Assembly (NCBI GenBank): GCA_016187835.1
Contig: JACPIY010000029.1
Span: forward strand, 1-32,190
Length of the DNA stretch: 32,190 nucleotides
Reading direction: 5' to 3'
From: Deltaproteobacteria bacterium
Lineage (GTDB): Bacteria; Desulfobacterota_D; UBA1144; Nemesobacterales; CSP1-2
The position numbers and the translations under genes were made by a program. This document shows, piece after piece, positions 9,354 through 18,075 of the stretch; the first letter of the stretch is position 1; each line of letters starts with the position of its first letter. Below the pieces are notes generated by a model, which saw nothing but the letters and a program-made list of their open reading frames with translations, was not told where the DNA came from and made no database searches.

Positions 9354-12300
9354 TTGCTAGTGCCAGGTAAACCCCCGCTTGAGGTCACAATAGTTTCAAC
9401 CGAAGGACTCCGCCTAGTTGTAAGCGTTAATATTGATCTTGGTCAATACGTTCCAACTGCGCGACTACAGACTAATCTAACCATTCTCATGCGAAAATTA
9501 ATTGAACGTATCGAGAAAAATGCATCTGCTGCTAATCCTGCCGCCTCGCGAATGCTTGGTAATAGCCCTGTTTCTGGCGAATCCAAATCTATTCTAGAAA
9601 AAAATCTTAACGAGGACCAATTGAAAGCTCTTAACAGTGCACTTGGACGGAACCTCACTTTTATTTGGGGACCTCCCGGGACAGGCAAGACTCACACTAT
9701 TGGTACTATTGCTGAATACCTGTATCGTGATAAAAATACCGTTCTTATTGTGTCACACACAAATACGGCTGTCGACCAAGCCGTTAAACATGTTGCTACC
9801 GCCTTTAAGGAAAAACTAGGAATCGCCCTGTTACAGGGAGGTATCCTGCTTCGAATTGGCGATGTTCGTGATGAAGTACTCAAATCAGCATTTCCAGAGG
9901 TTCTAGTAAAGAATCAAGTTGAACGACAATTCAAGGAACTTGTCGAGAAAAGGGAGCAACTGGCTTCACAAAAGCAAGGCATGGAAGATGAACTGAATTC
10001 CCTTAACCGACAAATCACTATTATTGAATGGATTTCAGGTTCGGTTGGGGATATTCGTGCTTCCCAAAATCAAGTAAATGAACTTCATGAAAAGGAGCAT
10101 GCACTTTCAATATCGGAGCAAGAGCTTTCTGATCTCACGGACAAACAGACAGCACTCAGAAAGAAAGAACAATTGGCGACGAGGGTTCTCTCCTTAAAGA
10201 AGGAACTATCTGAAACAAAATCAAAAGAGGGTGAATTACAGCAAAAGCTTGATTCGCTTTCGTCTGAAATCAGTACAACAACATTGCAACTTCATCGCCA
10301 GAAGGAAATCTATGAGATTGCCAAACGAATAGAACCTTTACGTAAAGAATTGGCATCCTACACCTCAATTGACAAGCAAAAAGCCGCTATTGCCGAGATT
10401 TACTCCAAAATTTCCGAGCATTCAAGCCAAATTGCTGATCTCCAAACCGCCTTTAATAACGCTACGAAAATCCTAGAACAATCATGTAGCTCTGGTGCAA
10501 TGATGCGCCTTTGGAAACGACTTCCCAAACCTGAAGAACAGCAGATTGCTGTCAACACAGTAAAAACCCAACTTGATAGTGCCATCAATGAAAAGGCAAA
10601 TGTTCAAAAAACCTTTGAGACCTATGAAGACCTTCTCATACGAACAGAAAAGCTAGCTGCCGAGCTTTCCAAATACTCACATATCAGTGACTATGCCCAA
10701 GAAACGGCGAATTTGGAAAAGGCCAATGACTCGTTATCAGTGCTCAACCAAAAGTCAGCCGAGCTAAAAGATAGGGTTGCATCAGTTTTAAGAGCGATAG
10801 CTACGCTACAAGCTGAAATAGATAAAGGTATTACTGAACTCAGTGCTGACCCAAACGAAGTGTTGGCTGACGTTAGTAATCAGTTGAAATATTTCTCCGA
10901 TCTCAATGAAGTAGTCAAAAGCATTGGCTCAGATTGTAGGGTGATGCGCTCTCAATTGACATCCATCTTAACCCATATGCTAGAGTGTCTTACGGTCTGG
11001 GGGCTTGTTAATTCCAAGCCGACTGGCGTTGAGGGAATGCTTCTTCTAATTAAAGAGACCCATGCGGCAGTAGGTGCAAACTTTGCATCGTCCGACTTGT
11101 ATTCACTAAACAATAAGGCAGGTGAATTGCGAGTCGAGATATTCCGATTATCTTCTGAAATCTCAGAGATAGAGGACAACCTATCTCAGGTAGAAAAAAT
11201 CGTAATTGCCAAAGCTGCCATTATCGGTGCAACTCTAACAAAAATATATCTGAGTGACGACATTCAAGGCCGGAAATTCGATACGGTCATAATAGACGAA
11301 GCATCTATGGCACCGATTCCGGCTCTATGGGTAGCCGCCTTATTGGTAGAGAGAAACCTTGTGATTGTTGGAGATTTCATGCAGCTTCCGCCGATTGTTC
11401 TTTCAAATAATACGTTAATCCAGTCCTGGCTTGGTAGAGATATCTTCGAAGCATCAGGGGTCAGAGATCTTTGGGAGAAGGAGGAGCCACCAGAATATTT
11501 CATTCCACTTACAGAACAACGGCGTATGCTACCGCAAATAGCAGAAATCGCAAACTTGTTTTATAAAGGGAATCTCAAAACACGACCTGACCAAATAAAT
11601 CTAAACGATGACAATTTCCTATCGTGGTATAACAAAGATTGGCCATACGATAATCCTGTGCTTCTTGTGGACACGGGTTCTCTTAATGCATGGGTTACAA
11701 GCGTAGTCAAGAACGGGAATACAAGCAGACTTAATTTTCTTTCTGCAACAGTCTCAATAGACATTGCTGAACAACTTCTTCTGCCGGGCCGTCCCCGGAG
11801 GCAGGAAGGTGCTCCCAAGCGTATTTTAATCATTTCTCCTTATCGTGCTCATGCAAAATTGGTAAGTATTCTTCTCAAAGAAAACGATGCGATACAGGAT
11901 GATGTCATTTCTGGAACGGCACACAGCTTTCAAGGGTCTGAAGCCTATGTCGTTATTTTTGATATGGTAGCGGACGAACCACATTGGCGTGTCAACTTAT
12001 TTATGCCTGACTTGGATGACCAGCTCAAGAGTCTTCTAAACGTGGCTTTGACAAGGGCGAAAACACGACTGATTGTTTTAGGCGATTTTAATTATTGCCA
12101 ATCTCACGGGGAAAAGGCTTTTCTTGGAAAATCCTTACTACCTTTTCTATTAAAGAAATACCCGCGTGTAGATGCCTCACAAATCATACCTGAAGGTCTG
12201 GCTTCAAGAGCAGCAAAAACACAGATGCGCATGCTTGGTGGCTCTATCGAGCCAGATTCCGACCGTATTGTGGTGACTCAAGCAGATTTCTATCGTGTTC

Positions 12301-13106
12301 TTTCTACGGATTTCTCACGCGCTACGAATCGTATAGTTATCTATTCTCCTTTTATTACCCAAGACCGTGTAGCATTTTTACTGCCCCAAATGCAAGCGGC
12401 CGCTTCTCGTGGCATTACGATATTCATTCTGACAAAATCTCATTCAGAACGTTCTAAAACAGAACTCAACCTTTATAGAAAGTTGGAAAACCAGCTTTCA
12501 GAAATTGGAGCTGTTATTATCCACAAACTGCGAATGCATGAAAAGCTAGTCTTTATTGATGACAATATTACATGGTCTGGTTCTTTGAACCCATTGAGTT
12601 TCTCAAATACTCAAGAAATAATGGAACGTCGAAAAAGCTCTTCCGTCTTACAGGACTATTTTAAAATATTGCGGCTTGAGGAACTTCTATTAGTTCCTGG
12701 TAAGCCTGAATCGAAATGCCCCATCTGTGGTTCTGAAATGATAGCTGCAGAGGGTGCGGATGAACCGTATTATTGGCGGTGTGCTAATGATGACTGTTAT
12801 TCACGAAGCATTGACCAGCCCTATCCTATTGACGGAATGTTAACATGTGGTTCTTGTAATTCAACAGTAGAGTTTGGGTATTGGGGTGATTATCCTCATT
12901 GGCGTTGTTGTTCGAATACGAGACATCGGCAGAAAATCTTCAAGTCTCATTTGCGACTACCGAAGATGGCTGCCCTAGTGCCAAAATCAGAACGAAAGAA
13001 ATTATGTAGGCTGCTTTCCATTGATGATTTTGATTCATTCATTATTGGAGATACCCATCAGCGGAATGGCATTGTTCAAAGTAGTCTTTTCGGGGATGAT
13101 AATTGA
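9354..13106 (+). CDS. Large fusion protein: Upf1-like SF1 helicase (AAA_11/AAA_12 type) with ~430-aa coiled-coil insertion + single-HKD PLD-family nuclease + tandem topoisomerase-type zinc ribbons. True start probably upstream (frame is open from 9171)
   Basis: Walker A GPPGTGKT (nt ~9669). Q-like LNEDQLKAL. Motif II VIIDEASM (nt ~11296). Motif IV FIPLTEQRRM. Motif V/VI SFQGSEAYVVIF and ALTRAKTRLIVLGD. PLD HKD motif HEKLVFIDDNITWSGSLN (nt ~12535). Cys clusters CPICGSE...WRCANDDC and CGSCNS...WRCCSN. Confidence 0.85.
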   Translation: MLVPGKPPLEVTIVSTEGLRLVVSVNIDLGQYVPTARLQTNLTILMRKLIERIEKNASAANPAASRMLGNSPVSGESKSILEKNLNEDQLKALNSALGRNLTFIWGPPGTGKTHTIGTIAEYLYRDKNTVLIVSHTNTAVDQAVKHVATAFKEKLGIALLQGGILLRIGDVRDEVLKSAFPEVLVKNQVERQFKELVEKREQLASQKQGMEDELNSLNRQITIIEWISGSVGDIRASQNQVNELHEKEHALSISEQELSDLTDKQTALRKKEQLATRVLSLKKELSETKSKEGELQQKLDSLSSEISTTTLQLHRQKEIYEIAKRIEPLRKELASYTSIDKQKAAIAEIYSKISEHSSQIADLQTAFNNATKILEQSCSSGAMMRLWKRLPKPEEQQIAVNTVKTQLDSAINEKANVQKTFETYEDLLIRTEKLAAELSKYSHISDYAQETANLEKANDSLSVLNQKSAELKDRVASVLRAIATLQAEIDKGITELSADPNEVLADVSNQLKYFSDLNEVVKSIGSDCRVMRSQLTSILTHMLECLTVWGLVNSKPTGVEGMLLLIKETHAAVGANFASSDLYSLNNKAGELRVEIFRLSSEISEIEDNLSQVEKIVIAKAAIIGATLTKIYLSDDIQGRKFDTVIIDEASMAPIPALWVAALLVERNLVIVGDFMQLPPIVLSNNTLIQSWLGRDIFEASGVRDLWEKEEPPEYFIPLTEQRRMLPQIAEIANLFYKGNLKTRPDQINLNDDNFLSWYNKDWPYDNPVLLVDTGSLNAWVTSVVKNGNTSRLNFLSATVSIDIAEQLLLPGRPRRQEGAPKRILIISPYRAHAKLVSILLKENDAIQDDVISGTAHSFQGSEAYVVIFDMVADEPHWRVNLFMPDLDDQLKSLLNVALTRAKTRLIVLGDFNYCQSHGEKAFLGKSLLPFLLKKYPRVDASQIIPEGLASRAAKTQMRMLGGSIEPDSDRIVVTQADFYRVLSTDFSRATNRIVIYSPFITQDRVAFLLPQMQAAASRGITIFILTKSHSERSKTELNLYRKLENQLSEIGAVIIHKLRMHEKLVFIDDNITWSGSLNPLSFSNTQEIMERRKSSSVLQDYFKILRLEELLLVPGKPESKCPICGSEMIAAEGADEPYYWRCANDDCYSRSIDQPYPIDGMLTCGSCNSTVEFGYWGDYPHWRCCSNTRHRQKIFKSHLRLPKMAALVPKSERKKLCRLLSIDDFDSFIIGDTHQRNGIVQSSLFGDDN

Positions 13107-13467
13107 TACATCAGAGCAATTCACGAAACATCGTGTTTTGTACGTATTATAGAAACGGTCGCCGGGGAAAAAAGGAAGAGAATCGGTAAAAACGATATAA
13201 GAATTTCAAAGGCAGCGCGCGCAGGGGAAAAGGCCAGTCAAACAGACGCTAACAGTGGCATTACGTTCGCTTCGGACATACCTGCTCGACAAGGGGTAGC
13301 ACCTTCGATTCATGTAACTTCACTCAGTCACTCCGGGAGGTTTTTATAGGTGGCCACGTCGTAATGCCACAAGCGTTAGGCAAAATTGCCCCTTAGAAGA
13401 ATACGTGATAAGCATTTCAGTATTTACCAATTTCACTAATATCTTGCTGGTTTTGCCGGGTTGAAGT

Positions 13468-14139
13468 ATGGGGTATATCATGAGAAAAAGGACCTGGATA
13501 CCTACAAGACTACTATTTGTCATTATACTCTTCGCATTAGTCATAAGCGGAGAGGCTCTGTGGACTTTCAGTGGGGGAGATCCCAGAGGAGAGTGGGTCC
13601 TCGTAACGGAGGCAGTGGATGGCGATACTATCTCCGTAGGGCGCGGGTGGAGGTCTACCAAGGTGCGTCTTATCGGTGTTGATACTCCTGAAACAGTTCA
13701 CCCGGAAAAACCTATCGAATTTTTAGGTCCAGAGGCCTCGGAGTTTACCAAGAAGCAACTGGAAGGGAAAAAGGTGTATCTCGAATTTGAGCCTTCTAAT
13801 TATTATGATAACTACGGGCGTCTACTTGCCTATGTGGTTCTTCAGGACGGTACACTTTTCAATGTTGAACTAATCAAACAAGGGTATGCTCGTGTTGTTG
13901 CTCCTTCCCCGTTCCATCGCTATAAAGAGTTCCGTAGTTATGAACAAGAGGCACGGGTAAAGGGGTTGGGTCTTTGGGCTGCAAAGGATATTTGTAGAGA
14001 GATTATCGGTAACAGGTCGTCGAAGATATATCGTCTTCCTGGCGATGCTGGCTGTGGCCGGATTAAGGAAGAAAACCGGGTCTACTTTGATACGGAGGAG
14101 GGGGCAATAAAGGCAGGGTATAGACGAGCGAAGAGGTAA
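13468..14139 (+). CDS. Secreted/membrane-anchored thermonuclease (staphylococcal nuclease, SNase family)
   Basis: N-terminal hydrophobic signal/anchor. RLIGVDTPET matches the SNase catalytic motif. Possibly starts at ATG 13480 (MRKRTW). Confidence 0.85.
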   Translation: MGYIMRKRTWIPTRLLFVIILFALVISGEALWTFSGGDPRGEWVLVTEAVDGDTISVGRGWRSTKVRLIGVDTPETVHPEKPIEFLGPEASEFTKKQLEGKKVYLEFEPSNYYDNYGRLLAYVVLQDGTLFNVELIKQGYARVVAPSPFHRYKEFRSYEQEARVKGLGLWAAKDICREIIGNRSSKIYRLPGDAGCGRIKEENRVYFDTEEGAIKAGYRRAKR

Positions 14140-14485
14140 GGGGATGGACGAAGGAGTTAGGTTGGTCTAAAGATGCGAGGCGCTCTCGCCTAGCATGATG
14201 GAAAAGACTTCGTTTCACTTCGTCCGAGTTCGCTTACAGCGGACCTCTTTTACATCAGGAGCGTTGAGCGTCCTGTGAAGGTCATCAGCTTTGCATATCT
14301 GAAGGGAGCGCGCGTCCCATTCCATTTCCTTGAGAACCCAAGGGCTCTAATGTATATTTAACACCCGCAATTAGTTAGCCTTTAGTCGAATTCAGTTGAG
14401 AGTTGATAGTTAATAACTTTCAACAATTTACTATCCACTTTCGACTATTGACTAACGACTTTTTAAACGGAGGTTCTTTAGAAAG

Positions 14486-16054
14486 TTGGAATCACTGCTG
14501 AATGGCAATCTCACAATCATTACATTTTTCCCCTTAATTGGAATTCTTCTGATCGTTGTTTTGTCTCTACTATATAGGGACTCTGAAGAGCCCATGAAGA
14601 TTGGGGCGCTTGTTGTAAGCATCCTAGAGTTCATAATTTCAGTTCCGCTTTATACAAACTTTCTACTCGGATTTGCGGGTATGCAGTTTGAGGTTCGAGC
14701 TCCCTGGATAGAAAGCCTTGGGGTTAGCTATCACCTGGGAGTGGACGGCATAAGTCTTTTTCTCGTACTTCTTACAACGTTTATTATGCCAATAACTATT
14801 CTCAGCGCTTGGAATGCGATTCATAGAGGAATGAGGGAGTTCCTTGCTCTTATTCTCCTGCTTGAGACCGCCCTTATCGGAACCTTTTTGGCACTTGATA
14901 TGATTCTTTTCTTCATATTCTGGGAAGCTGTGTTAATACCGATGTATTTCTTAATCGGGATCTGGGGAACGGATCGCAGAATCTATGCTGCTGTGAAGTT
15001 TTTTATCTACACCGCTTTTGGCAGCGCCCTCATGCTCGTTGCGATTTTTTATCTCTATTTTGTCCACCTTGACCAATTCGGAACAGCTTCTATGGACATA
15101 CTCGACTTTTATAAGCTAAACATACCCTACTTTGGAATATTGAGTCCTCAGGGTCTCCTCTTCCTTGGGTTTTTCCTGGCATTTGCCATAAAAGTACCTA
15201 TGTTTCCATTCCATACATGGCTTCCAGATGCCCACGTCGAGGCTCCGACGGCTGGAAGCGTGATTCTCGCGGGGATTCTTCTTAAGATGGGAACTTACGG
15301 TTTCCTCCGCTTCTTGCTTCCATTGTTTCCCAATGCAACATTGGATTTACTCCCCGTCCTTAGCGTAATAGCAATTATAGGCATTATTTATGGAGCCATG
15401 GTTGCGTTTGCACAGCACGATCTGAAGAAGCTCGTTGCATATTCGAGCGTAAGCCACCTCGGACTTGTAATGCTTGGAATCTTTGTTCTCAACATCCAGG
15501 GTATACAGGGTGGTATATACCAGATGCTCAATCACGGCCTTTCTACCGGGGCACTATTCCTGATAGTTGGAATGATTTACGAAAGACGGCATACAAAACT
15601 TATCGCTGAGTTTGGCGGCATATCGAAAGTAATGCCCATTTTTGCAGCGTTTTTTTTGCTTTCAACCTTGTCTTCGATAGGTCTTCCGTTGCTTAACGGT
15701 TTCGTAGGGGAGTTTCTTATACTCCTTGGGGTTTTTAAGTGGAATTATATCTATTCTGCCTTGGGTGCGACAGGAATGATACTAGGCGCTGTGTATATGC
15801 TCTGGGCCTATCAGCGTGTGATGTTTGGACCGCTTGATAAACCTGAGAACAAGGTGCTAATAGACCTCAACCTTAGGGAGATCATGGTTCTTCTTCCTAT
15901 TGCAATAATGTTCTTTGTCATGGGGATTTATCCGAAACCCTTCCTCTCAAGGATGGAGCCGACTGTAAAGGAGCTTTTGAAAACGAAGTTTGAGGAGCGG
16001 ATTGCTGTTACAGAAATTAAGCAGCCAAGAATCGTCACGGATGAGCACGAATGA
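14486..16054 (+). CDS. NuoM/NdhD/MrpD-family proton-translocating membrane subunit (orphan, no other nuo genes nearby)
   Basis: 14 predicted TM helices. VDGISL, FFIFWEAVLIPMYFLIGIWG..RIYAAVKFFIYT and TWLPDAHVEAPTAGS motifs typical of NuoM. TTG start per track. Confidence 0.8.
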   Translation: MESLLNGNLTIITFFPLIGILLIVVLSLLYRDSEEPMKIGALVVSILEFIISVPLYTNFLLGFAGMQFEVRAPWIESLGVSYHLGVDGISLFLVLLTTFIMPITILSAWNAIHRGMREFLALILLLETALIGTFLALDMILFFIFWEAVLIPMYFLIGIWGTDRRIYAAVKFFIYTAFGSALMLVAIFYLYFVHLDQFGTASMDILDFYKLNIPYFGILSPQGLLFLGFFLAFAIKVPMFPFHTWLPDAHVEAPTAGSVILAGILLKMGTYGFLRFLLPLFPNATLDLLPVLSVIAIIGIIYGAMVAFAQHDLKKLVAYSSVSHLGLVMLGIFVLNIQGIQGGIYQMLNHGLSTGALFLIVGMIYERRHTKLIAEFGGISKVMPIFAAFFLLSTLSSIGLPLLNGFVGEFLILLGVFKWNYIYSALGATGMILGAVYMLWAYQRVMFGPLDKPENKVLIDLNLREIMVLLPIAIMFFVMGIYPKPFLSRMEPTVKELLKTKFEERIAVTEIKQPRIVTDEHE

Positions 16055-16097
16055 AGTTTGTTTCTTGGTCAATTATAGTTAAGAAAAGAAAAAGAGA

Positions 16098-16912
16098 ATG
16101 GCTGCCATGAAAGCCTTAAAAATCAGTGTATCGGTTTTTATGGTTTTGTTTTTGGTGGTTGGTGCCTGTTACGGCAAGAGCGATACCGATGAAACCTAAT
16201 ACAACGGCTTGAATTATGGCGCGCGGCACAAATTCAAAGAGGCAAAAGAAGAATTTGAAAAGGCTTTGAAGATTGACCCCTTCGATACGGCAGCAAAAGA
16301 GGCACTGAAGGTAATTGAAGCTGCGATCAGCAATAAAATAAAGAGCAAGACGGCTATTCATTTGTTTAAGGGTATAGAGCATGACAACAAAGACAAGCTG
16401 GATAAAGCAATCACCGAGTTTAACAAGGCTATAAAGATAGATCCAAGCTACGCTGAGGATTACTTTACCCGGGGTACTACCTATGACACCAAAGGTCAGT
16501 GTGACAATGCCATTTCCGACTTAAGCAAGGCAATAGAGTTAAACCCAGGTTATGCCGAGGCATACAACAATCGGGGGATTACCTATGTAAACAAAGGACA
16601 GTACGACCAAGCCATTTCTGACTTCACCAAGGCAATACAGATAAACCCGAAAGATGCTGAGGTTTACTACAACCGGGGGCTGTCTATTTAAACAAAGACC
16701 AATATGACCGGGCTATCTCTGACTTCAGCAAAGCCATACAGCTAAACTCAAAAGATGCTGGCTCCTACTACTTTCGAGTTGTTACCTATTATTACAAACG
16801 CAAATACAGCAAAGCCTGGGATGATGTGCGTAAATCAGAGAATTTAGGGTATCAGGTAAAACCGGAATTTCTTGGTGGGCTGCTTAGTAAAGCATCCGGG
16901 AGAGAAAAATAG
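16098..16912 (+). pseudogene. TPR-repeat lipoprotein disrupted by an in-frame TAA (16197..16199) and a -1 frameshift (~16685)
   Basis: ATG 16098 encodes a lipoprotein signal (LFLVVGAC), then TAA, then in the same frame YNGLNYGARHKFKEAKEEFEKALKIDP... TPR repeats. After NRGLSI* the TPR sequence continues in the -1 frame (KDQYDRAISDFSKAIQLN...) to the TAG at 16910. Confidence 0.65.
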
Positions 16913-16932
16913 ATCCGTATGGACGCTAGGAC

Positions 16933-17946
16933 TTAGACAGTTGCATCAATTTTGTCTACAATCTCACGGATAACATCCATCGGATTAATTCCCTCAGCCT
17001 GAGCGCGGAAGTTTAGAACGATTCTGTGCTTAAGAATAGAAGGTGCAATCGCCCTTACATCATCCGTGCTTGGCGTGAACCTGCCGTCAAGAATGGCTCT
17101 TGCTTTGCTTCCCATAATTAAGAACTGTGAGGCTCTGGGTCCTACACCCCAGGAAACACACTTATTTACAGATTCAGGAGTGCTCGAATCGTTTGGTCTT
17201 GTTGCCCTTGCAATTTTTACTGCATAAGCGGCAACATGCTCGGAGACGGGGACTCGATGAACCAGGTCTTGATATTCTAGAATTTTTGAACCATCAAGCA
17301 CCTTTCTAAGCTGGGGTTTGTAGGCACCTGTCGTGGTTCTTGCAATCTCTACCTCTTCATTGAGCGAGGGATAATCCACGTCAATCTGGAACATAAAACG
17401 ATCTAGCTCGGCTTCGGGCAGAGGATAAGTCCCCTCCTGTTCAATTGGGTTTTGAGTGGCAAAAACTAAAAAAGGCGGCTCTAATCTGTACGTTTCTCCA
17501 CCGACTGTGACTTTCCTCTCCTGCATTGCCTGAAGAAGCGCGGCTTGAGTTTTTGGAGATGACCTGTTTATTTCGTCAGCAAGAAGTATATTGCAGAAGA
17601 TTGGTCCCTTTATAAATTTAAAAAATCTATTTCCTGTGGTTACGTCATTTTCCAGAACTTCGGAGCCGGTAATATCTGAGGGCATGAGGTCTGGGGTGAA
17701 CTGAACTCTATTGAATTTCAGGTTTAGAATGTCGGCCAGTGTGCTTACGAGAAGGGTCTTTGCAAGCCCTGGGACTCCAACAAAAAGAGAATGTCCGGAG
17801 GACAGAAGAGAGATGAGCAAGAGCTCTATCACGCTTTTCTGTCCGACTATAATTTTCCTTATTTCTTCGAGAATCTCTTTTCTGACTCTAGAAACTTCTT
17901 CTACCTTTCCTACGTCGTCTTCGCTTCCGTATTCGTATTTGCTCAT
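16933..17946 (-). CDS. MoxR-family AAA+ ATPase
   Basis: Walker A GVPGLAKT, Walker B LLADEINR, and overall MoxR-like sequence. Confidence 0.9.
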   Translation of the reverse strand: MSKYEYGSEDDVGKVEEVSRVRKEILEEIRKIIVGQKSVIELLLISLLSSGHSLFVGVPGLAKTLLVSTLADILNLKFNRVQFTPDLMPSDITGSEVLENDVTTGNRFFKFIKGPIFCNILLADEINRSSPKTQAALLQAMQERKVTVGGETYRLEPPFLVFATQNPIEQEGTYPLPEAELDRFMFQIDVDYPSLNEEVEIARTTTGAYKPQLRKVLDGSKILEYQDLVHRVPVSEHVAAYAVKIARATRPNDSSTPESVNKCVSWGVGPRASQFLIMGSKARAILDGRFTPSTDDVRAIAPSILKHRIVLNFRAQAEGINPMDVIREIVDKIDATV

Positions 17947-17960
17947 TTTAAGTCCTCTAA

Positions 17961-18075
17961 ACTAGAAGTTCCAAATTACAAGCACCAAATTACAAATAAA
18001 TCACAAAGTCTGAGGCACCAAATCTCAAACAGATACCAAATAACAGATTCCTAATTTCCAAACGTTTGGAATTTG
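17961..18075. repeat. ACCAAAT-rich repeat family C, copy 1 (intergenic)
   Basis: Tandem caagcaccaaattacaaat / ggcaccaaatctcaaac units and a perfect 16-nt palindrome ttccaaacgtttggaa. Motifs caagcaccaaat and ccaaatctcaa recur at 25055..25226. Confidence 0.6.

Noticed and set aside
13107-13350. ~80-codon open frame continuing after the helicase TGA (possible readthrough extension)
   Set aside because: No recognisable domain. The open frame is plausibly a by-product of the local GC-rich composition. It is kept only as a structured-spacer observation.
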